Assembly (NCBI GenBank): GCA_963716255.1
Contig: OY970303.1
Location: 7,168,001-7,232,000, forward strand
Length of the DNA stretch: 64,000 bases
From: an uncultured Gemmatimonadales bacterium
Lineage (GTDB): Bacteria; Gemmatimonadota; Gemmatimonadetes; Longimicrobiales; Longimicrobiaceae
Direction of reading: 5' to 3'
Position numbers and translations under genes: made by a program. Shown piece by piece: positions 18,762-28,857 of this stretch. Every line of letters begins with the position of its first letter. Position 1 is the stretch's first letter. The notes below the pieces were generated by a model. That model searched no databases and was not told where the DNA came from. It saw only the letters and a program-made list of their open reading frames with translations.

Positions 18762-19906
18762 CGGGCCGGCCCCGCGGCGGGGTCGGGGAAGTCGCCGTCC
18801 GCGCGCAGCCGGTCGCCCACCACCCGCGCGAACAGGCGGTAGCCCGCCGCGTTGTAGTGCGAGCTGCAGTCGGCGAACAGGGTGCACGGGTCGGCGGCGG
18901 GGCCCAGGCGGCGGAGCATCTCCGGGCCCGCGTGCAGCACGGGGACGCCGCGGCGCGCCAGGGCGTCGGCGAGCGGCTGGTCCGGCCAGCGCCCGGTGCG
19001 GCGCGCGTACACCAGGTCGCGGCCCACGGGCATCAGCACCACCAGCGGCCGCCGCCCGTCGGCGGCGGCCTCGCGGGCGAAGGCGGACAGGATCGCGGTC
19101 GTCAGCGCGAGGCCGCCGGCCGGGTGCGCCGGGTCGTAGAAGGGGAGGTGGCGCGGGACGCCGGCGAGCCGGGCGCGGAGGTGGAAGTCGGCGAGGGCCC
19201 ACCGGACCAGCGCCGCGGTGTACGGGAAGCCGGGCCGGGGGCGCGCCAGGAACGCGTCGTGGGGCAGGTAGCGCTCCGGGTCGTCCGGGAGGGCGCGGAG
19301 GTCGGCCGCGGTGCGCACGGGGACGGGGACGTAGCGCAGCTCGCCGCGCGGGCCCGGGAGGAAGCGCGGCTTGAAGTACAGCTCCTGGTCCGGGTACAGG
19401 AGGACGCGGTACTGGTTGACGTTGCGGAGGATGTTCTCCGAGATGTGCCCCAGCACCACGACCGGGGCGCGGTCCAGGTGGCGCTGCGCCCGCACCAGCA
19501 TCAGCGCCTGGTCCGAGCCGGAGGCGCCGACCCCGTAGTTGGCCACCCGGCACCCCAGCTCCACCCCCAGGACGTGCGGATACGCGCCGTCCTCGCCCAC
19601 CTCGGACCCGGCGGTGAACGACTCGCCGTACGCCGCGGCGCAGGCGGGAACGGTGTCCGGGAACGCCGGGTCGGGGCGCGGCTGGAGCCTCACCACCCGC
19701 CCGGCGCCGTCGACCGCCGGACCCCACCCCAGCAGCGGGTTGCGGTGGGCCAGGTAGTAGCGCACCTGCGCGTCCGACAGCCGCGGGAGCTGCGCCATCC
19801 ACCCGCGCCGCACCAGCACGCCGCACGCGACGGCGGAGGCGGCCTCGGCGAAGGCGAGGACCAGCGCCGCCAGGATCGCGGAAAACAGCAGCTGCTTGCG
19901 GCGCAT
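18758..19906 (-). CDS. Membrane-anchored SGNH/GDSL hydrolase-like protein
   Basis: N-terminal TM helix, block I YGESFTAG, NYGVGASGSDQ, and C-terminal HYNAAGY. Confidence 0.7.
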   Translation of the reverse strand: MRRKQLLFSAILAALVLAFAEAASAVACGVLVRRGWMAQLPRLSDAQVRYYLAHRNPLLGWGPAVDGAGRVVRLQPRPDPAFPDTVPACAAAYGESFTAGSEVGEDGAYPHVLGVELGCRVANYGVGASGSDQALMLVRAQRHLDRAPVVVLGHISENILRNVNQYRVLLYPDQELYFKPRFLPGPRGELRYVPVPVRTAADLRALPDDPERYLPHDAFLARPRPGFPYTAALVRWALADFHLRARLAGVPRHLPFYDPAHPAGGLALTTAILSAFAREAAADGRRPLVVLMPVGRDLVYARRTGRWPDQPLADALARRGVPVLHAGPEMLRRLGPAADPCTLFADCSSHYNAAGYRLFARVVGDRLRADGDFPDPAAGPAR

Positions 19907-19954
19907 GGGACGGCTGCGGGGGGGAGGCGGCGCGGCTCGCCGGTGCGGGGCGTG

Positions 19955-19982
19955 AGATTAACCGTCCCGGCGCCGGCCGCAA
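19955..19982 (-). promoter_or_regulatory. Candidate sigma70-type promoter for the SGNH/methyltransferase pair
   Basis: TTGCGG-N16-TAATCT on the minus strand. Confidence 0.4.
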
Positions 19983-20014
19983 GGGGCCGCGCCTTCCGCC
20001 GCGGGCGGCCGGTC

Positions 20015-20042
20015 TTGCGTGCGCGCGGGAACGGACTATTCT
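20015..20042 (+). promoter_or_regulatory. Candidate sigma70-type promoter for the carbamoyltransferase operon
   Basis: TTGCGT-N16-TATTCT. Confidence 0.4.
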
Positions 20043-20153
20043 CCTCCCTCTGCTCCCGGACGCCTCCACCACCGGCCCCGCCGGCTCAGACCGGTGCTCC
20101 CGCGGCGGCGGCGCCGGCGAGCCCCCGCATCCGCCCCGACCCTGCCCGCAGAC

Positions 20154-20330
20154 ATGGCCCTCCGAGACGTCGCCGCCCGCCTGGGGATCATGGGCGAGCT
20201 GCTGAGCTTCCTGTGGCAGCGCAGGCTGTGGTGGCTGATCCCCATGGTCCTGATGCTCCTGGTCCTCGGCACCCTCCTGGTGTTCGCCCAGGGGTCGGCC
20301 GCCGCCCCCTTCATCTACACCCTCTTCTAG
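20154..20330 (+). CDS. Small membrane protein, DUF5989/SxtK-like
   Basis: ELLSFLWQRRLWWLIP...APFIYTLF, the characteristic C-terminus of this family. Confidence 0.85.
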   Translation: MALRDVAARLGIMGELLSFLWQRRLWWLIPMVLMLLVLGTLLVFAQGSAAAPFIYTLF

Positions 20331-20337
20331 GGGCCGC

Positions 20338-20835
20338 GTGGACGCTCCGGGTGCCGCCGCGCCGGTCCTCCTCGCGCTCGTGGGATATTCCTGCGGGAGC
20401 GTCCTCGCGGCCGGCGCCCGCAGGATCGTCCCGGGCCCGGGCGACCTCGCCGCGGTGGCCGCGCTCTGGGCCGCGCTGCTCCTGGGGATCGCGGAGCCGG
20501 GACGGTGGCCCGCCGCGGCCGCGGGCCTCCTCGCGGGAGCGGCGCTGGGTGCCGCGGGGGCGGCGCTCCGGCGGGGGGAGGCCGGCCGCCCGCACGAAGC
20601 CGGGGGCGAGGAGGAAGAAGCGGGAGCGTGGGCGGCCTGGAAGCGCTTCGCCGCGCGGATGGGAAGCTTCCAGGGGCGCATGCTGATGGGCTTCTTCTAC
20701 TTCGTCGTGCTCCCCCCCTTCGCGCTGCTGGCCCGCGCGCGCGGCGAGGGGCGGCCGGACGGGGCCGCCGCGACCTTCTGGCTGCCGCGCCCGGCGGCCT
20801 CCGCGGAGCTGCGCCGGGCGCGCGACCAGTTCTGA
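20338..20835 (+). CDS. SxtJ-like membrane protein
   Basis: AWKRFAARMG...LMGFFYFVVLPPF...FWLPR...DQF; lies between the SxtK-like gene and the carbamoyltransferase. Confidence 0.65.
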   Translation: MDAPGAAAPVLLALVGYSCGSVLAAGARRIVPGPGDLAAVAALWAALLLGIAEPGRWPAAAAGLLAGAALGAAGAALRRGEAGRPHEAGGEEEEAGAWAAWKRFAARMGSFQGRMLMGFFYFVVLPPFALLARARGEGRPDGAAATFWLPRPAASAELRRARDQF

Positions 20836-22613
20836 TGCACATCCTGGGGATCTCCTGCTTCTACCACGACGCGGCGGCGGCGCTGGTGCGCGACGGCGTG
20901 GTGGTGGCCGCCGCCGAGGAGGAGCGCTTCAGCCGGCGCAAGCACGACCCGCGGTTCCCCCGCCGGGCCGTGGACTTCTGCCTGGAGCACGCGGGGATCG
21001 CGGCGGGCGACCTGGACTACGTGGTCTTCTACGAGAAGCCGCTCGTCAAGTTCGAGCGCATCCTCACCACGGCCCTGCGGTCCTTTCCGCGCTCGTGGAA
21101 GGGCTTCGGGGAGTCCATGATCACCTGGCTGGACGAGAAGCTGTGGATCAAGGCGGTCATCCAGAAGGAGCTGGGGATCGCCGCGGAGCGCGTCCTGTTC
21201 ACCGACCACCACACCGCGCACGCGGCGAGCGCCTTCTTCTGCTCGCCCTTCGCGAGCGCCGCCGTGCTGACGGTGGACGGGGTGGGGGAGTGGACCACCA
21301 GCGCCGCCGGAACGGCCACCGGTGCGTGGGAGGAAGGCGGGAGGAACAGCATCGACCTCGCGCGCGAGACGCGCTTCCCGCACTCGCTGGGGCTGCTGTA
21401 CTCCGCGTTCACCGCCTGGCTGGGCTTCGAGGTGAACGAGGGGGAGTACAAGGTCATGGGGATGGCCCCGTACGGCGAGCCGAAGTACCAGGACCGCGTC
21501 CGCCGGGTGGTGCGGGTGGCGGAGGACGGCTCCTTCCGGCTGGAGATGGACTTCTTTTCCTTCCACCATTCGCCGGAGCACTCCTACTCTCCCAGGTTCG
21601 TGGAGCTCTTCGGGCCGGCGCGCGACCCGGGCGCGGAGTTTGTCACCCGCCTCACGCACCCGGGGCGCGCCGCGGACGCGCGCGAGCTGGAGCGCAACCA
21701 GTACTACGCGGACGTGGCCGCGAGCATCCAGCGGGTGGTGGAGGACACGCTGGTGGCGATGGCGGCGCACCTGCGGCGCAGCACCGGCGAGACACGACTG
21801 TGCATGGCGGGCGGGGTGGCGCTCAACAGCGTCGCCAACGGCCGCATCCTGCGCGAATCGGGGTTCGAGGAGCTGTACGTGCAGCCCGCGGCGGGGGACG
21901 CCGGGGGGGCGGTGGGCGCTGCGCTCTACGCATACCACGTGGTGCTGGGGATGCCGCGGGTGTACGTGATGGAGGACGCCTACCTGGGCAGGGAGTACGG
22001 CGAGGACGAGGCCCGGGCATTCCTGGACGCGCGCGGCGTCCGCTACGAGGTGTACGACGACGAGGCCCGGATGCTGGACCGCCTGGTGGACGACCTGCTG
22101 GACGGCCGGGCGATCGGGTGGTCGCAGGGCCGGTTCGAGTGGGGTCCGCGCGCGCTGGGGAACCGCAGCATCCTCGCCGACCCGCGGCGCGAGGAGATGA
22201 AGGCGACCGTCAACGAGAAGATCAAGCTCCGCGAGCCCTTCCGCCCCTTCGCCCCGGCGATCCTGGAGGAGCGCGCGGGCGACTTCTTCGACGGGATCCC
22301 CGACCCGGCGCGGCACTGGACCGCCCGCTTCATGCTGGCGGTGCTCCCCTGGAAGGAGGCAGGCGGGCGGCTCGCCCCGGCGGTGAACCACCTGGGGACG
22401 GGGCGCCTGCAGACGGTGCGCAGGGAGTGGAACCCACGCTACCACGGGCTGATCTCGCGCTTCGGCGAGGCCACCGGGGTCCCGGTTCTCATGAACACCA
22501 GCTTCAACCTCCGCGGCGAGCCTATCGTCGCCACCCCCGCGGACGCCTTCGGCACCTTCAGCCGCAGCGGGCTGGACGTGCTGGTGCTCGGCAGCGTCGT
22601 GGTGCGCCGGTGA
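20835..22613 (+). CDS. O-carbamoyltransferase (NodU/CmcH/SxtI family)
   Basis: ILGISCFYHDAAA, EEERFSRRKH, HHTAH, EYKVMG, GGVALN, GPRALGNRS, FRPFAP and NTSFN motifs. Confidence 0.95.
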   Translation: MHILGISCFYHDAAAALVRDGVVVAAAEEERFSRRKHDPRFPRRAVDFCLEHAGIAAGDLDYVVFYEKPLVKFERILTTALRSFPRSWKGFGESMITWLDEKLWIKAVIQKELGIAAERVLFTDHHTAHAASAFFCSPFASAAVLTVDGVGEWTTSAAGTATGAWEEGGRNSIDLARETRFPHSLGLLYSAFTAWLGFEVNEGEYKVMGMAPYGEPKYQDRVRRVVRVAEDGSFRLEMDFFSFHHSPEHSYSPRFVELFGPARDPGAEFVTRLTHPGRAADARELERNQYYADVAASIQRVVEDTLVAMAAHLRRSTGETRLCMAGGVALNSVANGRILRESGFEELYVQPAAGDAGGAVGAALYAYHVVLGMPRVYVMEDAYLGREYGEDEARAFLDARGVRYEVYDDEARMLDRLVDDLLDGRAIGWSQGRFEWGPRALGNRSILADPRREEMKATVNEKIKLREPFRPFAPAILEERAGDFFDGIPDPARHWTARFMLAVLPWKEAGGRLAPAVNHLGTGRLQTVRREWNPRYHGLISRFGEATGVPVLMNTSFNLRGEPIVATPADAFGTFSRSGLDVLVLGSVVVRR

Positions 22614-23755
22614 CGCCCCCGGCACCGGCCCCGCGCGGCGCGGCGCGCATCCCCACCCTGGACGGGTGGCGCGGCCTCGCGATCGCGATGGTGGTGGTCG
22701 CCCACGCCGCCGGCCCGCTCCTCCACGCGGGGAAGCTGCCGCCGGGGTGGGTGCACGCGGTGTACCTGGGCCGGTACGGCGTGGCGCTCTTCTTCGGGCT
22801 GAGCGGCCTGCTCATCTGCACGCGCCTGCTGGACGAGCTGCGCGCCGCCGGGCGGATCTCGCTGGGCGGCTTCTACCTGCGCCGCGGCTTCCGCATCCTC
22901 GTCCCGGCGGCGGCGTACCTGGCGGCCGTGGGCGTCCTCGGCGCCCTGGGGATCCTCCCGGTGGATCCCCGGGAGTGGCGGGCGGCGCTGCTGTTCTTCC
23001 GCAACTACGTGCCGGTGTTCTTTGACGGGGGCGCGGGGCGGTACACGGGGCACTTCTGGTCGCTGGCGGTGGAGGAGCACTTCTACCTCCTCTTCCCGCT
23101 CCTGCTGGCCTGGCGCCGGGGGCGGCGGTGCCTCCCCTGGCTGGTCGCCGCGGCGGGGGCGACCGCGGCGTGGAGGTACCTGGACGGGCACCACGGCTGG
23201 GGGGCGGGGTGGCTGGGGCTGGCCCCGTACACCGCGGAATACCGCACCGACGTCCGCATGGACGGGCTGCTGTGGGGGTGCGTGATGGCGCTGCTCCTGG
23301 ACGACCCCGCCCGGCGCGCCCTGCTGGCGCGCGCGCTCCGGCCCGCCGCCTGGGCGTGCGTGGCCGGGACGTACGCGGCGCTGGTGTGGCTGGCGTGGCC
23401 CGGCTTCCTGTGGAGCGCGCTCCTGGTGCCGCCCATGCTGGCGGGGACGGTGCTGCACCCGCGCGCGCTCCCCGCGCGGGTGCTGGAGTGGGAGCCGCTG
23501 CGCCGCCTGGGCGGGATCTCGTACAGCCTGTACCTGTGGCACATCCTGTTCATGCCCCAGCTGGCGGAGAACGCTCCGCTGGGGGTGCTGCAGGCATTCC
23601 CGCTGAACCTGGCCTGCGCCTTCGCGATGGCCGCGGCGAGCCGCCGCTGGGTGGAGCTCCCGGCCGTCCGCGCCGGGGAGCGGGCCCTGGCGCGCCTGCG
23701 GGAGCGCCGCCCGCTCGCGCCTCGCCGCGCGCGCATGCGGACGGCGGGCGCGTAG
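22610..23755 (+). CDS. Acyltransferase-3 family O-acyltransferase
   Basis: LDGWRGLAI, FYLRRGFRI, HFWSLAVEEHFY and ISYSLYLWH motifs. Confidence 0.92.
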   Translation: MTPPAPAPRGAARIPTLDGWRGLAIAMVVVAHAAGPLLHAGKLPPGWVHAVYLGRYGVALFFGLSGLLICTRLLDELRAAGRISLGGFYLRRGFRILVPAAAYLAAVGVLGALGILPVDPREWRAALLFFRNYVPVFFDGGAGRYTGHFWSLAVEEHFYLLFPLLLAWRRGRRCLPWLVAAAGATAAWRYLDGHHGWGAGWLGLAPYTAEYRTDVRMDGLLWGCVMALLLDDPARRALLARALRPAAWACVAGTYAALVWLAWPGFLWSALLVPPMLAGTVLHPRALPARVLEWEPLRRLGGISYSLYLWHILFMPQLAENAPLGVLQAFPLNLACAFAMAAASRRWVELPAVRAGERALARLRERRPLAPRRARMRTAGA

Positions 23756-25654
23756 ATGTGCGGGATCGCGGGGGAGCTGGCGTTCCACGGGGCCGCGCCC
23801 GTCGCCCGGGAGCGGGTGGACGCGATGCGCGACGCCATGGCGCACCGCGGGCCGGACGGCGCGGGGACGTGGGTGTCGGAGGACGGCGCCGTGGGGCTGG
23901 GGCACCGCCGGCTGGCCGTCATCGACCTGTCCGACGCCGCGGCGCAGCCCATGGCCAGCGGGGACGGGCGGCTGCGCCTGGTCTTCAACGGCGAGATCTA
24001 CAACCACGCCGAGCTGCGGCGCGAGCTGGAGCGCGCGGGGCGCCGCCGCTGGGTGACGGACCACTCGGACACCGAGGTGATCCTGCACGCCTTCGAGGCG
24101 TGGGGGATGGACATGCTCCACCGCTTCCGGGGGATGTGGGCCTTCGCGCTCTGGGACGACCGCCGCCGGGAGCTGTGGCTGGTGCGCGACCGCGTGGGCG
24201 TCAAGCCGCTGTACTACGCGCTGCACCCCCGCGGGCTGGTGTTCGCCTCGGAGATCAAGGCGCTCCTGCGGCACCCCGCGCGGCCCCGCGCCGTGGACGA
24301 GGTGGCGCTGTACCACTACCTGTCGTTCCTCGCCACGCCCGGGCCGGACACCCTGTTCGCCGGGGTGCGCAAGCTCCCCGGGGGGTGCCTGCTGCGCGTG
24401 GACGCGGAGGGGCGGGTGGAGGAGCGCCGCTGGTGGGACGTGTGGGACCACGTGCGCCCGCTGCGCGGCGCGAGCGACGGCGAACTGGCCGAGCGCGTGC
24501 TGCACGAGCTGACGGAGGCGGTCCGCCTGCGAAAGGTGAGCGACGTGCCCGTGGGGGTCTTCCTTTCCGGCGGGATCGACTCCAGCGCGAACGCGGCGCT
24601 CTTCTCGGCGGACCGCGCGGGGCCGGTGAAGACCTTTTCCATCGGCTACGCCGGCGACCACCCCAGCGCCCCCGACGAGCTCCAGCACGCCCGCCGCGTG
24701 GCCGAGGCGCTGGGAACCGAGCACCACGAGCGGCGCCTCACCGAGGACGACCTCCTCGGCTTCCTCCCGGAGATGGTCCGGCTCCAGGACGAGCCGGTCG
24801 CCGACCCGGTGTGCGTGCCTGTGCACTTCCTGGCCCGGATGGCGAGGGCGGAGGGGGTGGTGGTGGCGCAGGTGGGGGAGGGGGCGGACGAGCTGTTCTG
24901 GGGGTACCCCGGCTGGAAGCGCGCCCTGGAGCTGGAGCGCTGGAACGCGCTCCCCGTGCCGGCGGCGGCGAAGCGCGCCGGTCTGCTGGCGCTGCGCGCG
25001 GGCGGCAAGGGGCGCTCGCACCCGTACGAGCTGCTGCGGCGCGGCGCGGCCGGGCTGCCCCTGTTCTGGGGCGGGGCGGAGGCCTTCGGCGAGGCGCGCA
25101 AGCGGGCGCTTCTCTCGCCGGCGCTGCTCCGGCGGCTCCCCGCCGGGCTCACCTCGTGGGAGGCGGTGCGGCCGGTGCGGGAGCGCTTCCTGGAGGCGGC
25201 CTGGGAGCCGTCGCCGCTGCACTGGATGTCGTACCTGGACCTGCGGATGCGCCTCCCGGAGCTGCTCCTCATGCGCGTGGACAAGATGTGCATGGGCGCC
25301 GGGGTGGAGGGGCGGGTCCCCTTCCTGGACCACCGGCTGGTGGAGCTCGCCTTCAGCATTCCCGCCGCGGCGAAGACGCGCGGGGGCGACCTCAAGCACC
25401 TGCTCAAGAAGGCGGTGCGCGGCGTGGTCCCGGACGAGGTGACCCGCCGGCCCAAGCAGGGCTTCGGCGTGCCCGTGCAGGAATGGTTCTCGGGGCGGCT
25501 GGGTCGGGTGGCGCGCGCGGAGCTGGAGCGCTTCTGCCGCGACACCGACTTCCTGGACGTCCGCGAGGTCCGGCGCACGCTCGACCGGGGCGACGCCCGG
25601 GGGGCGTGGTACCTCCTCAACCTGGCGCTCTGGTGGAGGGAGCACCTGGCGTGA
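23756..25654 (+). CDS. asnB: Asparagine-synthase-like glutamine amidotransferase (polysaccharide amidation type)
   Basis: MCGIAG, HRGPD, FNGEIYN, LSGGIDSS, GEGADE, RVPFLD and KQGF motifs. Confidence 0.93.
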   Translation: MCGIAGELAFHGAAPVARERVDAMRDAMAHRGPDGAGTWVSEDGAVGLGHRRLAVIDLSDAAAQPMASGDGRLRLVFNGEIYNHAELRRELERAGRRRWVTDHSDTEVILHAFEAWGMDMLHRFRGMWAFALWDDRRRELWLVRDRVGVKPLYYALHPRGLVFASEIKALLRHPARPRAVDEVALYHYLSFLATPGPDTLFAGVRKLPGGCLLRVDAEGRVEERRWWDVWDHVRPLRGASDGELAERVLHELTEAVRLRKVSDVPVGVFLSGGIDSSANAALFSADRAGPVKTFSIGYAGDHPSAPDELQHARRVAEALGTEHHERRLTEDDLLGFLPEMVRLQDEPVADPVCVPVHFLARMARAEGVVVAQVGEGADELFWGYPGWKRALELERWNALPVPAAAKRAGLLALRAGGKGRSHPYELLRRGAAGLPLFWGGAEAFGEARKRALLSPALLRRLPAGLTSWEAVRPVRERFLEAAWEPSPLHWMSYLDLRMRLPELLLMRVDKMCMGAGVEGRVPFLDHRLVELAFSIPAAAKTRGGDLKHLLKKAVRGVVPDEVTRRPKQGFGVPVQEWFSGRLGRVARAELERFCRDTDFLDVREVRRTLDRGDARGAWYLLNLALWWREHLA

Positions 25655-26952
25655 GCGCGCCCGTGGACGCCGCCCCGCCGGGCCGGCCGTGGACGCGCGC
25701 GGCGTGGCTCCCCCGCCGGGGCTCGCCTCTCGCCCGCTCGGTGCTGGAAACGCTGGGCACCCGCGTGGTCCTGCTGGGGCTGGCGATGGTGGCCAACGTG
25801 CTGGTGGCGCGGGCGCTGGGGCCGGCGGGGCGCGGCTACTACGGCGTGGCCGGCGCGGTCACCGGGCTCGCCGTGCAGTTCGGGACGTTCGGCCTGCATG
25901 CCTCGAACACCTTCCACGTGGCGAGGGGACGCGGCCGCGTCCCGCTCCTCGTCGCCAACAGCCTCCTGGTGGCCTTCGGGCTGGGAGGTCTGATCGCGGC
26001 GGTCTGCTTCGGGGTGTTCTTCCGCTGGCCGGAGCGCGCGCCGCTGTACGGGCTCCCCATGGTGCTGGCGCTGGCGGCGGTCCCCTTCTCGCTCGCCTAC
26101 GTCCTCCTGCAGAGCGTGCTCCTGGGGCTGGAGGAGTTCCGGACCTGCAACAAGCTGGAGGCGGCGCTGGCGCTGTTCGGGCTCGCCTGGGCGGCTGCGC
26201 TGGTCGTGGCGGGGCGGGCCACGGTGACCACGCTGCTGGCGGGGGCGGTGCTGGGCGCCGTGCTGGTCTCCGGCGCGGCGCTGGCCCGGCTGAAGCCGTA
26301 CCTGCGGGGGCGGGTGCGCCCGTCGCGGGAACTGCTTGGCTCCACGCTCCGGTACGGGCTCCGGGGGTACGCGGCCGGCTGCTTCGCCTACCTGGTGCAG
26401 CGCACCGACCTGCTGATCCTGGACCGGGTGCACGGCTCGCGGGAGACCGGGTACTACGCCGCCGCGGTGTCGGTCGCCATGGTGCTGGGCGTGGTGCCCA
26501 CGGCGCTGGGCACCATCCTCTTCCCCCGCCTCTCGGCGATGCGGGACCCGGAGGAGCGGTGGCGCGTGGTGGCGCGGGTGCTCCCGCGGCTCGCCGTGGT
26601 GATGGCGGCGGCGGCGGCGCTGGGGGCGCTGCTCGCCGGGCCGGCGGTGCACCTGCTCTTCGGCGCCGAGTTCGCCCCGGCGGTGGCGCCGCTGCGCCTG
26701 CTGATGCCGGCGGTGCTGCTGCTTTCCGTCAACTCGGTGCTGATGAACTACCTGGCGTCGTCGGGGATGCCGCCCGTGACGGTGTACTCGCCGGCGGCGG
26801 CCACGGCGGTCAACGTGGCGCTCAACCTGTGGCTGATCCCCCGATTGGGCGGGACCGGCGCGGCGGTCTCGTCGCTGGTGGCGTACGCCTGCATGGTGGC
26901 GTTCAGCGTGGCGTACCTGCGCCGGGAGCGGCGCCGGAGGGAAGGGCGGTGA
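25651..26952 (+). CDS. wzx: Oligosaccharide flippase
   Basis: Many TM segments; ARALGPAGRG, GYYAAA and NVALNLWLIPRLGGTGAA motifs. Confidence 0.88.
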   Translation: MSAPVDAAPPGRPWTRAAWLPRRGSPLARSVLETLGTRVVLLGLAMVANVLVARALGPAGRGYYGVAGAVTGLAVQFGTFGLHASNTFHVARGRGRVPLLVANSLLVAFGLGGLIAAVCFGVFFRWPERAPLYGLPMVLALAAVPFSLAYVLLQSVLLGLEEFRTCNKLEAALALFGLAWAAALVVAGRATVTTLLAGAVLGAVLVSGAALARLKPYLRGRVRPSRELLGSTLRYGLRGYAAGCFAYLVQRTDLLILDRVHGSRETGYYAAAVSVAMVLGVVPTALGTILFPRLSAMRDPEERWRVVARVLPRLAVVMAAAAALGALLAGPAVHLLFGAEFAPAVAPLRLLMPAVLLLSVNSVLMNYLASSGMPPVTVYSPAAATAVNVALNLWLIPRLGGTGAAVSSLVAYACMVAFSVAYLRRERRRREGR

Positions 26953-27776
26953 GCCACGGCGAGTTCGGGCGCGTCTACCGCTCGGCGGTGGACGCGGCGT
27001 GGGGGCGGTGGAGCCCCGCCATGCAGGAGGAGATCGCCCGCCACTGCCGCGGGTGGGCCCCCGGACGCTACGACTTCCGGGGCTACCTGGACGCGTCGGT
27101 GGAGCGCTACCACCGGGCCTACCTGGAGCTGGAGCGGCACGGCGGCCGTCGGGTGTGCGACGTGGGGGGCTTCTGGGGGGTGTTCGCGACCACGCTGGCG
27201 CGGCTCGGCTTCCACGTCACCCTGACGGAGGCGCTGCGCTTCTACGGCCCGTCCTTCCGGGGCCTGTTCGACCTGGCGGCGGCGGAAGGGGTGCGCGTGC
27301 TGGACCACGACCCCTTCCAGCCGGAGCGGCCGCTGGAGGGGCCGTTCGACTTCGTCGCGGTGATGGCGGTGCTGGAGCACTACCCGCACTCGCTGCGCGA
27401 CTTCGCGGCCAACGTGGCGGCCGGGCTGGCCCCGGGGGGCGCCCTGTTCCTGGAGGTCCCCAACGTGGCGCACTGGCCGAAGCGCATCAACCTGCTGCGC
27501 GGGGTGTCGCCGCTCCCGTCGGTGCGCGAGATCTGGGAGTCGGACACACCGTTCACCGGCCACCACCACGAGTTCAGCCGCGCGGAGCTGCGCGACCTGG
27601 CGGGGCTCGCCGGGCTGGAGGTGCGGGCGGAGCAGGCCTTCAACTACTCGCCGCGCCGCGGCGGGTGGAAGTACCGGGCGCTGGTGGGCCCCGTGGAGTC
27701 GCTCGCCTTCCGCCTGCTCCCCGACAGCCGCGAGTGCCTGGCGGTCACCTGCGTGCGGCCGGAGGGGCCGGGGTGA
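26949..27776 (+). CDS. Class I SAM-dependent methyltransferase
   Basis: VCDVGGFWG, AVLEH and LAPGGALFLEVPN motifs. Confidence 0.85.
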   Translation: MSHGEFGRVYRSAVDAAWGRWSPAMQEEIARHCRGWAPGRYDFRGYLDASVERYHRAYLELERHGGRRVCDVGGFWGVFATTLARLGFHVTLTEALRFYGPSFRGLFDLAAAEGVRVLDHDPFQPERPLEGPFDFVAVMAVLEHYPHSLRDFAANVAAGLAPGGALFLEVPNVAHWPKRINLLRGVSPLPSVREIWESDTPFTGHHHEFSRAELRDLAGLAGLEVRAEQAFNYSPRRGGWKYRALVGPVESLAFRLLPDSRECLAVTCVRPEGPG

Positions 27777-28549
27777 GCGCGGCGGGGCTCCCCCCGGAGA
27801 ACCTGTACGGCCACACCAAGAAGCTGCGCTTCATCCTGGAGCGGGTGGAGGCGTTCCGCCGCGCCCGCGGCCGCCCGGTCCGGCTCCTGGACTTCGGCTG
27901 CGGCAACGGCGCGGCGGTGTCGCGCTTCCTGGCGGGCCCCGGCATCCGCTACCACGGGGTGGACGTGCACCCGGAGTCGCTGGCCCACGCCCGGCGCGCC
28001 TTCGGGAGCGCGGAGGCCACCTTCCACGAGCGGGTCCCCGACGGCGTGGAGTTCGACGTGATCGTCTACGCCGACGTGCTGGAGCACCTGGCGGACCCGG
28101 CCGCGACGCTGCGGGAGCACGTGGCTCTCCTGGCGCCGGACGGCCTGGTGCTGGGCGCGGTCCCCAACGGCTACGGCCCGTTCGAGATGGAGCACCGCCT
28201 GATCCGGCTCCCCGGCGTCCGCCACGCCATCCGCCTGGGCGGCCGCCTGCGCCGCCTGGGCGCCGCCCCCGCGCCCCCCTCCGCCGACGCGCTCCCGTAC
28301 AACCTGGCCTCGGGCCACGTGCAGTTCTTTTCCCTCCCCGCGCTCCGCCGCTGCCTCCGCTCCGCCGGCCTGGAGCCGACCGAGGTGAGGAACGGCGCCT
28401 TCGTGGGCGCGCCGGTCAGCGAGCGCTTCCTGCTGCGCGGCGAGGCGGTGGCGCGCGCCAACGCGCGCGCCGCGGACTTCCTGCCGCACTGGATCGTGTC
28501 CACGTGGTACTTCGCCGCGGTGCTGCGGGAGGGGCCGCCACCCGGCTGA
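27773..28549 (+). CDS. Class I SAM-dependent methyltransferase
   Basis: LLDFGCGNG, DVLEH and VPNGYG motifs. Confidence 0.88.
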   Translation: MSAAGLPPENLYGHTKKLRFILERVEAFRRARGRPVRLLDFGCGNGAAVSRFLAGPGIRYHGVDVHPESLAHARRAFGSAEATFHERVPDGVEFDVIVYADVLEHLADPAATLREHVALLAPDGLVLGAVPNGYGPFEMEHRLIRLPGVRHAIRLGGRLRRLGAAPAPPSADALPYNLASGHVQFFSLPALRRCLRSAGLEPTEVRNGAFVGAPVSERFLLRGEAVARANARAADFLPHWIVSTWYFAAVLREGPPPG

Positions 28550-28550
28550 G

Positions 28551-28636
28551 CCCTCACCGGGCTCGCTTGAGGCTCGCCACCCTTTCTCTTCATTCGGTTT
28601 CACGCGAAGCGTGAAGCGCCATTCCTGGGAGAGGGG
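28551..28636. repeat. BoxC-like palindrome with TTCACGC-GAA-GCGTGAA loop insert
   Basis: Same unit as 11018-11103, 17272-17345 and 51648-51739. Confidence 0.8.
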
Positions 28637-28645
28637 CCCACAGCG

Positions 28646-28840
28646 TGTGCTCCGGCGGGCTCCGGTGTTCGGGGTCGGCCGGGGCAGGCTCCTCCGGCGG
28701 TGCGACACCCGAAGGGACTCGCAGAGCACTCGCCCACCGGTTGAGCAGGTTCGCGAGATCACGTTGGCTTCGAACAAACGCACCGCCTGCGGACCCTCCC
28801 CCGACCTCCCGACGCAGATCGCAACGGCAACGGCAACGCC
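28646..28840 (+). repeat. Structured intergenic repeat family C, copy 2
   Basis: Arms match 2216-2385. GGCGGTGCG (28696-28704) pairs with CGCACCGCC (28779-28787). Ends in GCAACG tandem repeats. Confidence 0.85.
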
Positions 28841-28857
28841 CCTGGAACGACAGGAAA

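Noticed and set aside
20154..22613. Saxitoxin biosynthesis
   Set aside because: Only sxtI/J/K-like genes are present. No sxtA or sxtG-type core genes are seen, and the context is polysaccharide synthesis.
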